Positions 11,090-23,156 of a stretch of 64,000 nucleotides of DNA are shown here, piece by piece; the stretch's first letter is position 1, and the number at the start of each line of letters is the position of its first letter. The position numbers and the translations under genes were made by a program. A model generated the notes under the pieces. That model saw only the letters and a list, made by a program, of their open reading frames with translations, did no database searches and was not told where the DNA came from. Where the stretch lies: contig NW_003314360.1 in NCBI RefSeq assembly GCF_000143415.4, positions 1-64,000 of the forward strand, given 5' to 3'. This DNA comes from Selaginella moellendorffii (taxonomy: Eukaryota > Plantae > Lycopodiophyta).

Positions 11090-12720
11090 ACCGTTTGCCC
11101 ACCCGAAGCACAAGCTTGATCCCGCATCACGTTTGGACTGGGAAACGTCCACATTGAGGGCACATCCGGATCCTTGGGTGCAGTGCGTATGCCCGCATCC
11201 CTGATCCGAACAGGCGCAAGCTCGATCCACGCAGCACAAAGACCATCTTCATGGGCTAAGGCCTACCAGCTCTACAAAAGAAGCTTGTAGTGAGCCGCGA
11301 CGTGATTTTCAACGAGCAAGAGCTGTATCGAGACCTCAAAGGTACTTCAAGCATTCAACTGATCTTGTGGATCTTTCTTTGGTTCTGGATAAGGTGCTTC
11401 CTCTTTCGCTCCCAGCTCCAGAGAATTTTCCTCCAGGAGGAGCTAACAACCAAGGCCCACAAGATCCTGGCCGAGCAGTGCCCTTGGTGGCTGGAGGTGA
11501 TGGATCTCCTCCTCACACGCCACTTCTTGCACCTCCAGGAGCCTCTACTGCTTCCACCAGCAGTCCCACTTCTTCAGCTGAGCCCTCGCTTGTTGCCATC
11601 GTCGACGACATTTTTGAAGGCGATGAAATATTTCATCAAGCATCCACCCAGGCCGTTGACCCCGTGATGACTCCTCCACCTCCACAGGTCTTTGGTCCAT
11701 GACATAACCAAGCCTTCAGTCAAAGTGCTTGAGGCCATTGCCCAGGAACCACGATGGAAAGGACAATGCAAGGCCTTCCTGAGCCTCAAGGATATATGGC
11801 CGCTCTTGCCAGTCCTGATGGTCAAAGCAAGAGGTGATGCAAGATGAGTATTCTTCTTTGCTGACACTTGACTCTCATGCCATTGCCATCAAAAGAAGGA
11901 AAGTCGTGAGCTCCAAGTGGCTCTTTAAAGAAGAGCAAGGAAGTACAAGGTGGATGGGAGTGTGGAGCGATTCAAAGTCAGATTTGTCACTCCTGGCTTC
12001 TCGCAAATTCAGGGAGTTGACTATTCTGAGACTTGCGGTCGGGTAGTTAACCTAACCACCATCCGCTTGCTTTTGGTTTTAGCAGCCGAGCTTGATCTTG
12101 AGCTCTATCAACTCAATGTGCGCACATCATTCCTCAATTGTGATCTTGAGGAGGAGGTGTATGTGGCACAGCCTTAAGGTTTTGTCCTTCCAGGCCAAGA
12201 ACACCTCATGTGCCAGCTGCATAAAGCTCTCTATGGGCTGAAACAAAGCCCCAGGTCTTGGTATAACAAGATTAATGGTTTTCTAATTACTCTTGGCTTC
12301 ATATGCAGCTCAGCCGATGGTAATCTCTACATCTACTTTGAAGGTGAAGGATTTCTCTTCCTAGTGCTTTATGTGGATGATATCGCTTCTAACCAAGTCC
12401 AGCTTATTCACAAGATTAAGACATATCTCTCTGCAAAATTCGAGATGGTGGACCTTGGTGAGCTGCATTACTGCCTTGGAATCCAAGTACGACACAACAA
12501 GAGACATGAGATTCTAGAGCTCTCTCAAGAAAAATACATCCTGGATGTACTTCAGAGGTACTCTATGCTCGATGCTAATCTTGTGGCCACTCCTATGCCC
12601 GCAGGCCTTAAGCTTTCTAAAGCTTCTACATCCGAGACATATCGCACTGCCGGAAAAGCGCCAGAACTCTCTACCGTTCGATGGTCGGCAGCTTGATATA
12701 TCTCGTGATTTGAACAAGGC
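11090..12720 (+). mobile_element. Degenerate Ty1/copia pol fragment (post-integrase and reverse transcriptase)
   Basis: SRDVIFNE, ERFKVRFV..GFSQIQGVDY, LHKALYGLKQSPRSW and LYVDD motifs; stops and frameshifts. Confidence 0.9.
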
Positions 12721-14149
12721 CGGATTTGGGGGTGAATTATCAACTAGATTCATCTCAACTGGGCAAGCAAAGACTGGCAAATGCTACAACCTATTCTTCA
12801 CTGGATTGTGATAGGAGAAGAGTATGGCACACTAACACTAGGCACATTAATAGTTTTAATCATTCATGCCCAAGCAAAAAAAGAGGTAAAGGACTCATCC
12901 CAAGATCAACTTAAGTCCTGGAGCATGGCCATTGCAATGCTCTGTGATCAGATCATGGTGTGCATCCTCCACCATCATTACTGTCACTGCCAGCATCAAA
13001 TCCTTGAAGTTGGGCAATTCAGTGTTCAAAATAGTGAACTTGGGTTGCAAACTTTTATGACAATATGGTGGACAAATGCTTCCAAAAAATTGTTATATAG
13101 ACAAGGGAAAAAACAATTCACCAAATTTTTAAAGGGCTTAAATGGCTAAGCCCAGATGGAAAATCTTCTTTTACCATTTACAATAGACAAACCTTATGTG
13201 CACAGCATCCAACTTGAATATATACAACCTATCCAAATAAAATAGTCTTGCAATGAATATTGGTATGTTTTTTACAAGCCATGAATAATAGAGATCATGA
13301 AAAGTTAGGATCCTATTTGGAGAAAAAAGTCCCTTTAATTCAATAACATGGTTATCAACCATCATAAGATTTAGTAGCTTATAGGGACAATATTTCAAAT
13401 TATTAATGATAATCATTAATATAGAGCTTGGATAAAGTGTATTAACATTTATTTTTGTGATGAACCTATCTACCATATTAACATTCCAATTAGCCATGTC
13501 TATATAAGGGTACCAATGTCAACAAATTTATCTTGGCTTACCAAAAGATTAATGCATAATTTTACTAAAATTTCACCTCTACCTCTACTTTAACTTGCTT
13601 TGTTATGGTTGAATGCAGACTTGAGTAATTTTTTGTCCAAAAGCAAAACTTTATTTATGACATTAAGCAATTTTGTTTTTGGGAGACTTGAGTAAGGATG
13701 ACATTTGACAATATTATGGTGATGATCTCACAACACTTATTTAGTACTCATGCACTCGGAATGACAGTATGATATAATTTAACAATTTAATCAATTTTAT
13801 GTGTGCAATGTGGTGCAAAGTATGTCTTTCCTTCACTTTATAAGGGCTTATTTTTATTGGTTTAGTTTATAGCCTTTAGTGAAGGTAAAGCAAAATGTAT
13901 ATAAACTTGTGCATCCGGAAAGAGTCAGAAAGATGTTTTAGCTAAGCTTTTATAAATTGAGCATAATGTAAAGTCTTCAAAGTTGAAAAAAATATATATA
14001 TTATAAATAATTGCAGACCAAAAGAGTGACTAGAGACTATAGCCGAAATTTTTACTCACGAATGTAAGTTTCTTATCATAGGCTTCATTTTTCTCAATTA
14101 TACATATATTACTTTTGTAGTGAATAAAACTTAAAATGATGTAGATTCA

Positions 14150-14995
14150 AGAGGCTCTCTTTGCATGGAGCACAACTAGATGATATTGATCAGGCTCTAT
14201 GTCAACAACACACTAATCATTATGGAGAACATGGTTATTTCACTTGCTGTTAAGGAGTAGTTGTCTTCAAGATTTACTATGGTCAATATTGGACCAATCA
14301 AGTAATGCCTTGGCAGCCAAATTTGTCATTGCAATGATGTCATGGACCTGTCTTAAGCTCATTATGTTTTTGATCTTTTGAATTATTTTCAAATGTAAAA
14401 CACAAAGCTAATACTAACACCAACAACTTCTAGCTACATCCTTGTAGCTCAACACATCAGAGGACCACCATGCTATGATGACTGGTGTTCCATACCAATA
14501 AGCCATTGGCAGCCTACTATACTTAATAGTGTGCACACATCAAGATATCACATTCTTTGTGAGAATTGTCTCCTAGTTCATAGAGAATCCAAGTTGGGAA
14601 CACTAGGTTGCTGTGAAAGGATTTTCCACTACCTTATTAATATTGTCAACTATGGCTTTGTTTATGAAGTTCTAGAGGTAGAGTTCGATTGGAGCAGATA
14701 TGTTGATGCTAACTTTGCTGGAGATCTAGATTTTTGCAAATCCACATTAGATTATTGTTTTAACTTGGGCTTTGCATTGATCATATGGTCCAATAAGAAA
14801 CAGCACATCACCATACTAAAGTAGAGTGTGTGGTGCTGATAGCAATGACACAGGATGCTCTTTGGCTACACAAAAATCTCTTGTGAGAGATTATACCAAT
14901 CTTCTGTGACAATGAGAGTGTTATTGCTCTCACAAAGGACATATGACATCACGGAAAGACAAAACTAGATAACATATTTGTAAGGGAACTTTTAA
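14150..14995 (+). mobile_element. Highly degenerate Ty1/copia RT/RNase H fragment
   Basis: YVDANFAGDLD..KST..Y.F...I.W.NKKQ and IFCDNESVIAL. Confidence 0.75.
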
Positions 14996-15001
14996 TGTTT
15001 A

Positions 15002-17115
15002 TATTAGGCTTCAGCTTTGACCATGTGGTCAATGTTGGTCAAAGGAGGCTCAAGGGTATATTAAGGCATGTTAGGGTAAGGAACTAACAATGGAACTTTT
15101 GAGGTAGCTCAGGGGTGGTTGGGTGGTGAGGAACCTCAAAAGGAGGTGTAGTGTAGTCTATGAAGACTAGATTTTTGTCTTTTCGTGCCAGATCATAACA
15201 TTGGTATCAGAGGGAAGTTGGTTACGATGGCCAACCAAGCTGAACGCTGGAATCCTATTGTTAATGGTGGTGACGGAGCTATAAAGGTTTGGACCATTCA
15301 AGATGTTGTTCATGAGCTGTAAGCCCTTAACTGAAATCAACAAGAGATGCAAGATGAGATGCATGGCATGATGGATACCATGTGTGAGTGTGTTGAATCA
15401 CTCGAGGCTGAACGTGGTAGCGTTCCAAGTAAGCCTTCTTTGGTAGATCAACTCAAGATTCCAACTTTTTCCAGTGATGGTGGTGTGAACGAGTGTCTCG
15501 CTTGGCTAGCCAATGTGAAAAAGTTCTTGGCTGCTAGAGGAACTCTAGATGCAAAGGTTTTAGTGGCTATTCCAATGGTTTTGTGTGATGCAGGTATTTG
15601 GTGGTGGAATTGGCTTAAAAATCCTATGTTGCGGATAAAAAACCACCAAATGAGTTTGAGGTTGCTTTTCATCTATGTTTTGCCCCTTATTATGACATGA
15701 AGAATGCTCATATAGAACTTCAACATTTTCAGCAAGGAAAAATGACGCCCGAGAACTATATTAAGAAGTTTATTCACTTGATTAGTCATGTTTCCACAAA
15801 GGATCTAGATCAAAGCAAGTCCTACTTCATTAATGGCCTTCATAGTGAGAGTATGTGGCAACACTTATATCATTCTTAGTCTACAAAGAATTTGGAGGAG
15901 CTCTTTGATACAGCTCATCAACTTTACAATGACAAGCACAAATCTTGCAAGCATTCGAGGAGTTCTTCTGTCAAGAATCGTCATGATGATTATCATGGAC
16001 ACAAGGATGGAAACAAGCATCACAAGCTAAAGTTTTTGGTGGTTACTTTGGATGCAAAGGGGTCAAAGAAGCAGAAGTTCTTTGTGAAGAATTATAAACA
16101 GGGTTGTCATTATTGTGGTGAGCTCAGACATTACAAGGCTGATTATCCACAGTTGAAAAACAAGCAACAGAGCAAGAAGAATGGTCAATCTTCTACTGAC
16201 GGTAAGTTAGATATTAAAAAGTTGCAAACTTTGCAATATAAAGATAATGGGGATGATCATTTTAGTCGAAGGAAGAGGCTTTCGATCATTGCTCATCAAC
16301 TCAATTGTGTTTGGAACAGGATGGAGCCCGAGGACACTCGTGAATCAATTTTAATGCTGAGTGGCTGTCAAGTGTGGATTTTACTAGATAGCAGGAGCGA
16401 TGACAACTTTGTTTCGACAAAGTTTGTTGCAGAGCATGGCTTGGTGACACAAAGAGTTCTTCCATATACAGTGGAAGGTGTAGCTACCTTTGCTCAGCAT
16501 TTCAATGCTTGTGTAGTGGGGCTGGAAATGTTGGTTGGCAAAACCACACTTCTGGAGACTTTTTATCTTGCGGATATTATTATCAATAAAAATATATTAA
16601 GTTTAATAAAAGTTTGTATATGTTTTTATCAATTTTTACCACTTTCAAAATATTTCTACCACTATTTATAACATTCTTGATATTTGTTGTAAAAGTTAGA
16701 ACAATTGACATATTGGAAAGCTCTTTATAAAGACAACCACTAATTAAGATAGAAATTTTATAGAGTCAAATATCCAAAGCTTTTTTTGGGGATTTTTGGG
16801 ATGCCATGGTTGGTGAAGGTGGATCTGGAGGTAAAGTGGAGTATTAAACGTGTCTTGCTGGAGTACAGTGGTGTTAAAGATGTGTGGTTTGGAGAGGGAA
16901 TTTAACCTCCAGTTATTATGCTCTCTACTACATCTTTAGAGTGGGTTTGTCATAATGGAAAACCACTTTCGAATTACTTATTATTTGTTCGTGACTTGGG
17001 GGACCAAGGCACGTGTGGGTGAGAAGCAACAATATGGAATATACTTGACGAGTTTATTGATGTTTTTCCATCCTCATGGGTTGCCTCCATTATGAGGTGT
17101 GGAACATGGGATTAC
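15002..17115 (+). mobile_element. Degenerate Ty3/gypsy element: 5' LTR (15002-15200), tRNA-iMet PBS, gag and protease; truncated at a Copia element
   Basis: LTR ends ...ATAACA followed by TTGGTATCAGAG (15201-15212); gag PTFSS..WL, zinc knuckle CHYCGELRH, protease LLDSRSDDNFV resuming as IFGMPWL after a ~210 bp AT-rich insert (~16580-16790). Confidence 0.85.
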
Positions 17116-18922
17116 ATTCGTTTGGTTAAACCTCTCAACCACACCATTCTGCTGTGGTGTATAAACAACTATGTACTGATGAGAAATTCCTGCCTCAGCT
17201 AGGAATTGGAGAAATCCTTGTGCAATGTATTCTCCTCCTCCATCTGTGCGTAGCACATGGATTTTTCTTCCTGTAAAATTTTCTGCCCAGCTTTTGAAAA
17301 TTTTAAAGTTTTCAAAAACTTCGGATTTGTTTCCTACCAAACACACCACTGTGTATCGTGAGTGATCATCTATGAATGAAACAAAATACCTCTTTCCACT
17401 TAGGAAATTTACAGGAAGATAGCAAACATCTCTGTGAATAAAATCAAGCACTACTGTGGCCTGGTTTTCCAAGGGTCGGGGAGGAAAAGGATGGCGTGCA
17501 TGTTTGCCAAATTGGCAAGTATTGCAAAGTCCCAGATGTCCAGATGGAAATGCGATGCCATCAGCTAGCTTGCTGTGAGCAAGGTTCTGGAGATCCTTCT
17601 CATTTACATGCCCGAGACGAGCATGCCAAAGATGAATTGTCTCTTGGCCTTGAAGTGCTAGCATGTATGTCCCTGGATAAACAAGCTCTGCGTTGAGGCG
17701 ATAGAGTGTATCGTACCTCACTCCAGTTGCCACAGTGGTGCCATCTGCTCCAAAAACAGTACATCCTTCTGCAAAGAATGTGATTGAGAACCCTTGATCG
17801 GAGGCGACGCCAACCGAAAGGACAGTCTGGCCTGCACCGGGCACATAGTGCATGTTATGGATTTCCTTGAGAGATCCATTGGGCAACTTCACTTGCACCA
17901 TGCCACGGCCTTCAACGTCGAGAAGCCGCTTGTCTCCAACAAAGACTTGGTTTGGGGAAAGCAATTCGTGGAAAGTGTGGAATGCTGTACGAAGAGGAGT
18001 CATGTGGTAAGAAGCACCACTGTCCAACCAGAGGACGTCTAAACCAGACACCGGTGACGAGGCCACGGCCATCATCAGCAACGAGTCTGTTTGAGTTAGC
18101 ATCCGTTGGGTGTTTGCTTTCTTAGCTCGACATTCTTGCTCTATGTGCCCCATCTTCCCGCAGTAGGTACACGGCCCCTTCTTTTTCTTGTTTCCATTTG
18201 TGGTGGAGCCAGGTGTTGGTGTCGCAGGAGCACTGGCAAATCCGCGAGAATTCCCACGCTTCTTGGCATTTCCATTTCCTGACTTCTTGCTGATGAACAA
18301 AGCCTGATCACGAGCAGAATCTGAGGAGGTCGTGCCTGCTTTTCGCTCCAGAAGCTTGCGCTCTTCTTCCAAGAGATTGGAATAGATCGTCTAGGGTCTT
18401 TCCTGGAACGAAGGAGAACATGGAGGAAGACGGTTGGAGTTCAGAAGAAACCGAATAGAGAAGGAAAGCTTTGGCATAATCGTCCGAGACAGGCGCGCCA
18501 GCCTCCTTAAGCTCTTGCATCATCCCCTTAAGCTTGCCAATGTACGATGCCATCGTGTCTGTTGGCTGCATCCGGAGAGAAAGGAACTTCTGGGTTAAGG
18601 ACGATCATGGCATTTGCTGCTTTCGCAGCAAACACCTGCACCAAGGACTACCAATTCTCGTGAGCGGTCTTCGAGAGATCCAGCAGATGGATGAACTCGT
18701 CGCCGAGTCCTAAGCCAAGCGGGCTCTTCTATTCTTGGCTTTCCACACTGGCTGGAGAGCGGGCTCAGCTGGTTCAGCTTCGGTGCCGTCCACGATTGTC
18801 CAGCAATCGTTTGCCATCAAGATGAGCTGGACCTTTGTTCTCCAGGTTGCGAAGTTTTCTCCTGTGAATTTGTGTAGTAGTTTCTCCCAGCTTGGGGTTA
18901 CAGCAGCGGAAGAAGATGCCAT
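17116..18922 (-). mobile_element. Ty1/copia gag-protease-integrase, frameshifted and 3'-truncated
   Basis: KFTGENFATW gag start, CTYCGKMGHIEQEC knuckle, WLDSGASYH protease, LWHARLGH..CNTC, integrase core FIDDHSR / RTDGGGEY / PQQNGVVER. Confidence 0.92.
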
Positions 18923-19213
18923 CTAAAGTTAGCGCTAGAAACAGAAATTTTATTGACGGGAGTGAGACGCGGGGAAAGTGCACACGCGCCTACACTGTGG
19001 GCAAAGCTGCTCGTGGCGTTTCGGAGAAGCATTTAGAACGAGATACCGCTGGGACTGTTATTTGGAACTCCGCTCCAAGTCATGGTCACTCCCGAAGAGG
19101 TACTATTAGGCTGATTGATAAACATAAGTACGGAGATTCCAGCATTGATCCAAAGGTATAATAAGCATGCCTGATGAGTGAGGCGCAACAGAAATACGTC
19201 TCTACCGTCGTCG

Positions 19214-19313
19214 NNNNNNNNNNNNNNNNNNNNNNNNNNNNNNNNNNNNNNNNNNNNNNNNNNNNNNNNNNNNNNNNNNNNNNNNNNNNNNNNNNNNNNN
19301 NNNNNNNNNNNNN
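19214..19313. other. Assembly gap (100 N, true size unknown)
   Basis: Run of exactly 100 N. Confidence 1.
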
Positions 19314-19498
19314 TCATTGCCACGCTTTTCCTGGGCCGTTCACTTTACTGGTTTGCCGTCAAAATGGTCCAAACTCAAGAGTAAACTGATGTAGAAGGAA
19401 GTTTAGCTTTTCTTTTGAAAAATGTTTCAAATTGAAAATAAAAGCTCCTCATTCAAAAATAAACGCAGGCCAAAACTTTGAAAGAAAATTAATGTAAC

Positions 19499-20894
19499 TC
19501 AAGGATGAGACTTGATAAACTCCTCACTAAAAGTCCACAGCTCTGCAGCCAACTTCATGTCCTTGGCATGAGGGGTGCAATCCGCTTCGTTGCAATCCAA
19601 GTAGTACTTTCCACTCACGCCCTCCATGCAAGGATGGACCGCAAGAAGCATGGTTGTAGCAGCGCCCTGAAAGAAATCACAGCTTTAATCCAGAAACGTA
19701 GGCTATGATATGTTTGTACCTGCGGGATGGATTTGCAAAGTGGGCTCGCGAGGAAGAGAAGCAGCTCTGCACAGCAGCACAAGTTGATCAATCTCAATTC
19801 TTTTCAGATACTGTTTCATGAACTTACTAGCTGAAGTCTGATTGAAATCTCTTCCAAGTTTCGTCTTGATAGTTCCAGGATGAAGTGAATTTACAGTCAC
19901 GTTGGCACCCTTCTCCTGAAATGGAAGATCATCAAAATTATGTCTGGGAAAACTCGAGCACAAAAACTTTGAATCTATGGGCACCTTCAAGCGGCTTGCT
20001 AACTCCCTGGTATGCAGTATGTTGGCCAGTTTGGATCTTCCGTAGCTAGTAATCCATTGGAAGCTGCACGACGAGAGTTAAAGAAAGTTCATTGGAAGAT
20101 TGCAAGGAAAACCGAAATGCTTCCTCCTAATTGTCAATGAAAAAACTGACCTGTTCTTATCATTCAGCTTGTCAAACTCAATCCCGCCTTTTGGAACATA
20201 TCTGTGACCTTCAGACGCCACCATGACAATCCGACCTTGCACTCCAGTTTGAGATGCAGTCTGGATCATCTTGTCCAACAGCAGCTCAGTGAGCAAAAAC
20301 GGACCTGGATCATCATCCAAAGAGTGAAGGTTTTTCTAACAGACAAAACTTGAACACCATACCCATATGGTTTGTCGCGAAATCGAGCTCCAAGCCATCC
20401 GGTGAGAGCTGGAAGTTATTGGCCGTCATCCCAGCATTGTTTCTGCATTGATCCATGCATTTTGATCAGAAACACTAACAGGAGTGACTCACATGAGGAT
20501 GTGGAGCGGGAGATTTAGAGCCTTGAAGTCGTCGACAAATTTCCTGACCGACTTGAGGGAGCTCAGATCCAGCTCAAGGACAGTGACCCTTGCATTAGGG
20601 AATTCGCGTTGGATCTTGGACTTGGCTGCTTCAGCGTTCTGTAGCTTCCTGGCTGGGATAACAACGTGCGCACCGTGCTTGGCGAGAACTCTGGCAGTCT
20701 CAAACCCAATTCCGGAGGTAGCCCCTGTAGCTTGATGATAAGAAATCGAAGCAAACTATCGATGGAATTGGCATACCTGTGACGATTACCACTTTGGATT
20801 CCAGAGAAATCCCCTTTGCAACTTTCTCGGCTGTAGCTCCCGATCCAAAGCCTGTAGCGCCGCGGTATCCTGTGAAGTAGCTTATCACGCCCAT
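19499..20894 (-). CDS. TIC32-like/retinol dehydrogenase-type classical short-chain dehydrogenase/reductase, 8 exons, 321 aa, intact
   Basis: Exons 20777-20894, 20493-20724, 20363-20442, 20151-20304, 19985-20063, 19828-19915, 19720-19766, 19499-19666 (966 nt, all GT-AG introns). Motifs [20 protein letters not shown], catalytic YGRSK, LHPG and QGAATT. Confidence 0.93.
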
Positions 20895-21386
20895 GATTCC
20901 TGGATTGCTTGCAAAGACTTGTGACTTTGATCCCGAGACGGCTGCTTAAATACATTCCTGGCCAGCTTGACCGACGCGCAAATGTGACATCCACGAAAGC
21001 GCTTAGAGAAGATTCTGAAACATTCGGTCAATTTGGAATGGCGGTTGATTACAAGGTATTATCAATCAATAACCATGACGATTCATTGCTCAAACAACAC
21101 GTCGACTGACGTACATAATGTCCATGCATGACCTTTGTTCACCGCGCAAACGCCACTTTGATATCTCAGCGTGTGAAAAGTCGCCTGGGCGCCATTGCTC
21201 GAATTTTCAGCCCTCTAAAGAACATGTCAATGTCAAACCCAGCGAGCGAATGAAAACCGCGGCTTCCAACTGATATATAAATGGTTGCTTGCTGTGCCGA
21301 AGTCATTGACAAAGCTACATCTCGAGATCGATCAGCAAAAGAAAGCACAGCTCTCTTTCTCTCAGCCCTGTAAAGGTTCTTCAAGG
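20895..21386. promoter_or_regulatory. Putative bidirectional promoter between SDR and FAD oxidase
   Basis: 492 bp between divergent ATGs; TATATAAA at 21274-21281 (+), TATTTAA at 20946-20952 (-), W-boxes TTGACC 20967-20972 and GGTCAA 21026-21031. Confidence 0.55.
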
Positions 21387-23063
21387 ATGATAGCGATACT
21401 ATCGATATTCTTGGTCGTTCTATTTGCTCCCGGCCATGTCCACTCCAAGTGTATAGCGGGCGAGCTGTGCTGGCCAGACGCACAGACCTGGGCATCCTTC
21501 AATCGCTCCGTGGGAGGGAGAATGATCAGCGTGGCCCCTCCAGCATCGCCATGCCATGATCCAAACTACGACGAGCGAGCCTGCAACGCCGTGAGGAGCG
21601 GCGGGAACAGTCCGTTCTGGAGGACTGATCAACCGGGTGCGCTGCAACGGACGAGCTGGGAATCGTTTGGGGAGCAGCGCTGCCTGATCTCCTCCAACAG
21701 GACCGCCGCTTGCTTCCAGGGCGCGGTCCCGGTCTACGCGGTCAACGTTACTCGGGCGGTCCACGTCCAAGAGGCCGTCAAGTTTGCGTCCCGGCACGAC
21801 TTGCGCATCGTGATACGAAACACGGGGCATGACTTCCTCGGGCGGAGCACGGCGGTGGGAGCTCTCAGCATTTGGGTGCACCACCTCCAGAAGATCCAGT
21901 TCCACGAGAGCTTCAAATGCAGCCGTGGTAGCGACCGTGGCTACTCGGCAGTGACGGTGGGAGCTGGAATTCAGTGGGAGGAGCTCTATCGGCAAGCGTA
22001 TCAACGAAAGATGATCCTGGCTGGCGGGGGATGTTCCTCGGTTGGAGCAGCTGGCGGATACCCTCAAGGTGGCGGCCAAAGTTTCCTTTCCCCGCTAATC
22101 GGCTTGAGCGCCGATAACGTTCTCGAGTACGAGGTGGTGACCGCGGATGGTAGGCTTGTCAAAGCAAATGCATGCCAAAACACGGACTTGTTCTGGGCTC
22201 TCCGGGGTGGCGGAGGAGGAACATTCGGAGTTGTGCTCTCGGTGACGCACAGGACTTTTCCAGCTCTTGACAGCCTCGTCTTCGCTCCTCACAACTTCAA
22301 CGCCCCCGATACCACCACCTTTCAGGGGCTGCTCACTCTGTTTACAAGGTTGAATCCCTCTCTGTCCGATGCCGGCTGGTCTGGCTACTTTTTCTCGACG
22401 AGCCAGAGCCTGACGCTAACGTTCCTGCTGCCCAACCGGAACGTCTCGTATGCTTCCACCACCTTGGCCCCGCTGCTATCGTACGCGCGGGAGAACAACA
22501 TCCGGATCGACGGGAGCTTGGAGACGTATGCCTCGTACTGGGACTGGCACTTGCAGTTTCAGTGTGGAGGGCAGGAATCGTGCTTGGGCCTCAACAACTT
22601 GGGAGTCTCGGATGTCTTCGCAACGAGGCTGATCCCGAGATCGCTCTTCAACCACGAACAAGACCTCCTCCCAAAGGCCATGATGCACATCATGACCGAG
22701 CTGCAAGTTCCAGCTACGTATGCGATCCTGGGGGGCGGAAAAGTGCGAGAACCCCAAGACAGCGCTGTGAATCCGGCGTATCGCGACGGACTGTGGCTGC
22801 TCGTATCGCCCCTGACTTGGCGGGACAATGCGACGGTGGCGGAGATGAGGGCTGCTGCGAATCTAGTGTCGCAGGCGAACAAGCTCTTCATCGATCTCAC
22901 GCCGGGCTCCGGGACTTACGTGAACGAGGCCGATTACAACGAGCCCAATTGGCAGCAATCCTTCTTTGGGAAGAACTATCCTCGCCTGTACCACATCAAG
23001 CGCAGGGTCGATCCTACCAATCTCTTTACGTGCCATCACTGCGTGGGTAGCGAATTCAACTGA
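21387..23063 (+). CDS. Secreted FAD-linked oxidoreductase (VAO/BBE superfamily, FAD_binding_4 + BBE domains), fungal-type, intronless, 558 aa
   Basis: Signal peptide MIAILSIFLVVLFAPGHVHS; RNTGHDFLGRS (histidyl-FAD), GGGCSSVGAAGG, LFWALRGGGGGTFGVV, YVNEAD and FFGKNYPRL..IK...DP.NLF.C..CVGSE. Confidence 0.93.
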   Translation: MIAILSIFLVVLFAPGHVHSKCIAGELCWPDAQTWASFNRSVGGRMISVAPPASPCHDPNYDERACNAVRSGGNSPFWRTDQPGALQRTSWESFGEQRCLISSNRTAACFQGAVPVYAVNVTRAVHVQEAVKFASRHDLRIVIRNTGHDFLGRSTAVGALSIWVHHLQKIQFHESFKCSRGSDRGYSAVTVGAGIQWEELYRQAYQRKMILAGGGCSSVGAAGGYPQGGGQSFLSPLIGLSADNVLEYEVVTADGRLVKANACQNTDLFWALRGGGGGTFGVVLSVTHRTFPALDSLVFAPHNFNAPDTTTFQGLLTLFTRLNPSLSDAGWSGYFFSTSQSLTLTFLLPNRNVSYASTTLAPLLSYARENNIRIDGSLETYASYWDWHLQFQCGGQESCLGLNNLGVSDVFATRLIPRSLFNHEQDLLPKAMMHIMTELQVPATYAILGGGKVREPQDSAVNPAYRDGLWLLVSPLTWRDNATVAEMRAAANLVSQANKLFIDLTPGSGTYVNEADYNEPNWQQSFFGKNYPRLYHIKRRVDPTNLFTCHHCVGSEFN

Positions 23064-23156
23064 GAATCCAGTGAAAAACATAGCGATTCCATACAAATGT
23101 TGAAATGTTACAGTAGCGATTCATTGATTCAAAAATGAAAAGCTAGGGTTCTTGAG

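Noticed and set aside
12781-13497. Short AT-rich ORFs between Copia fragments
   Set aside because: No recognisable motifs; probably decayed TE sequence
21420-23050. Overlapping antisense and alternate-frame ORFs over the oxidase (likewise over MTPSL and P450)
   Set aside because: Shadow ORFs of GC-rich coding sequence, with no motifs
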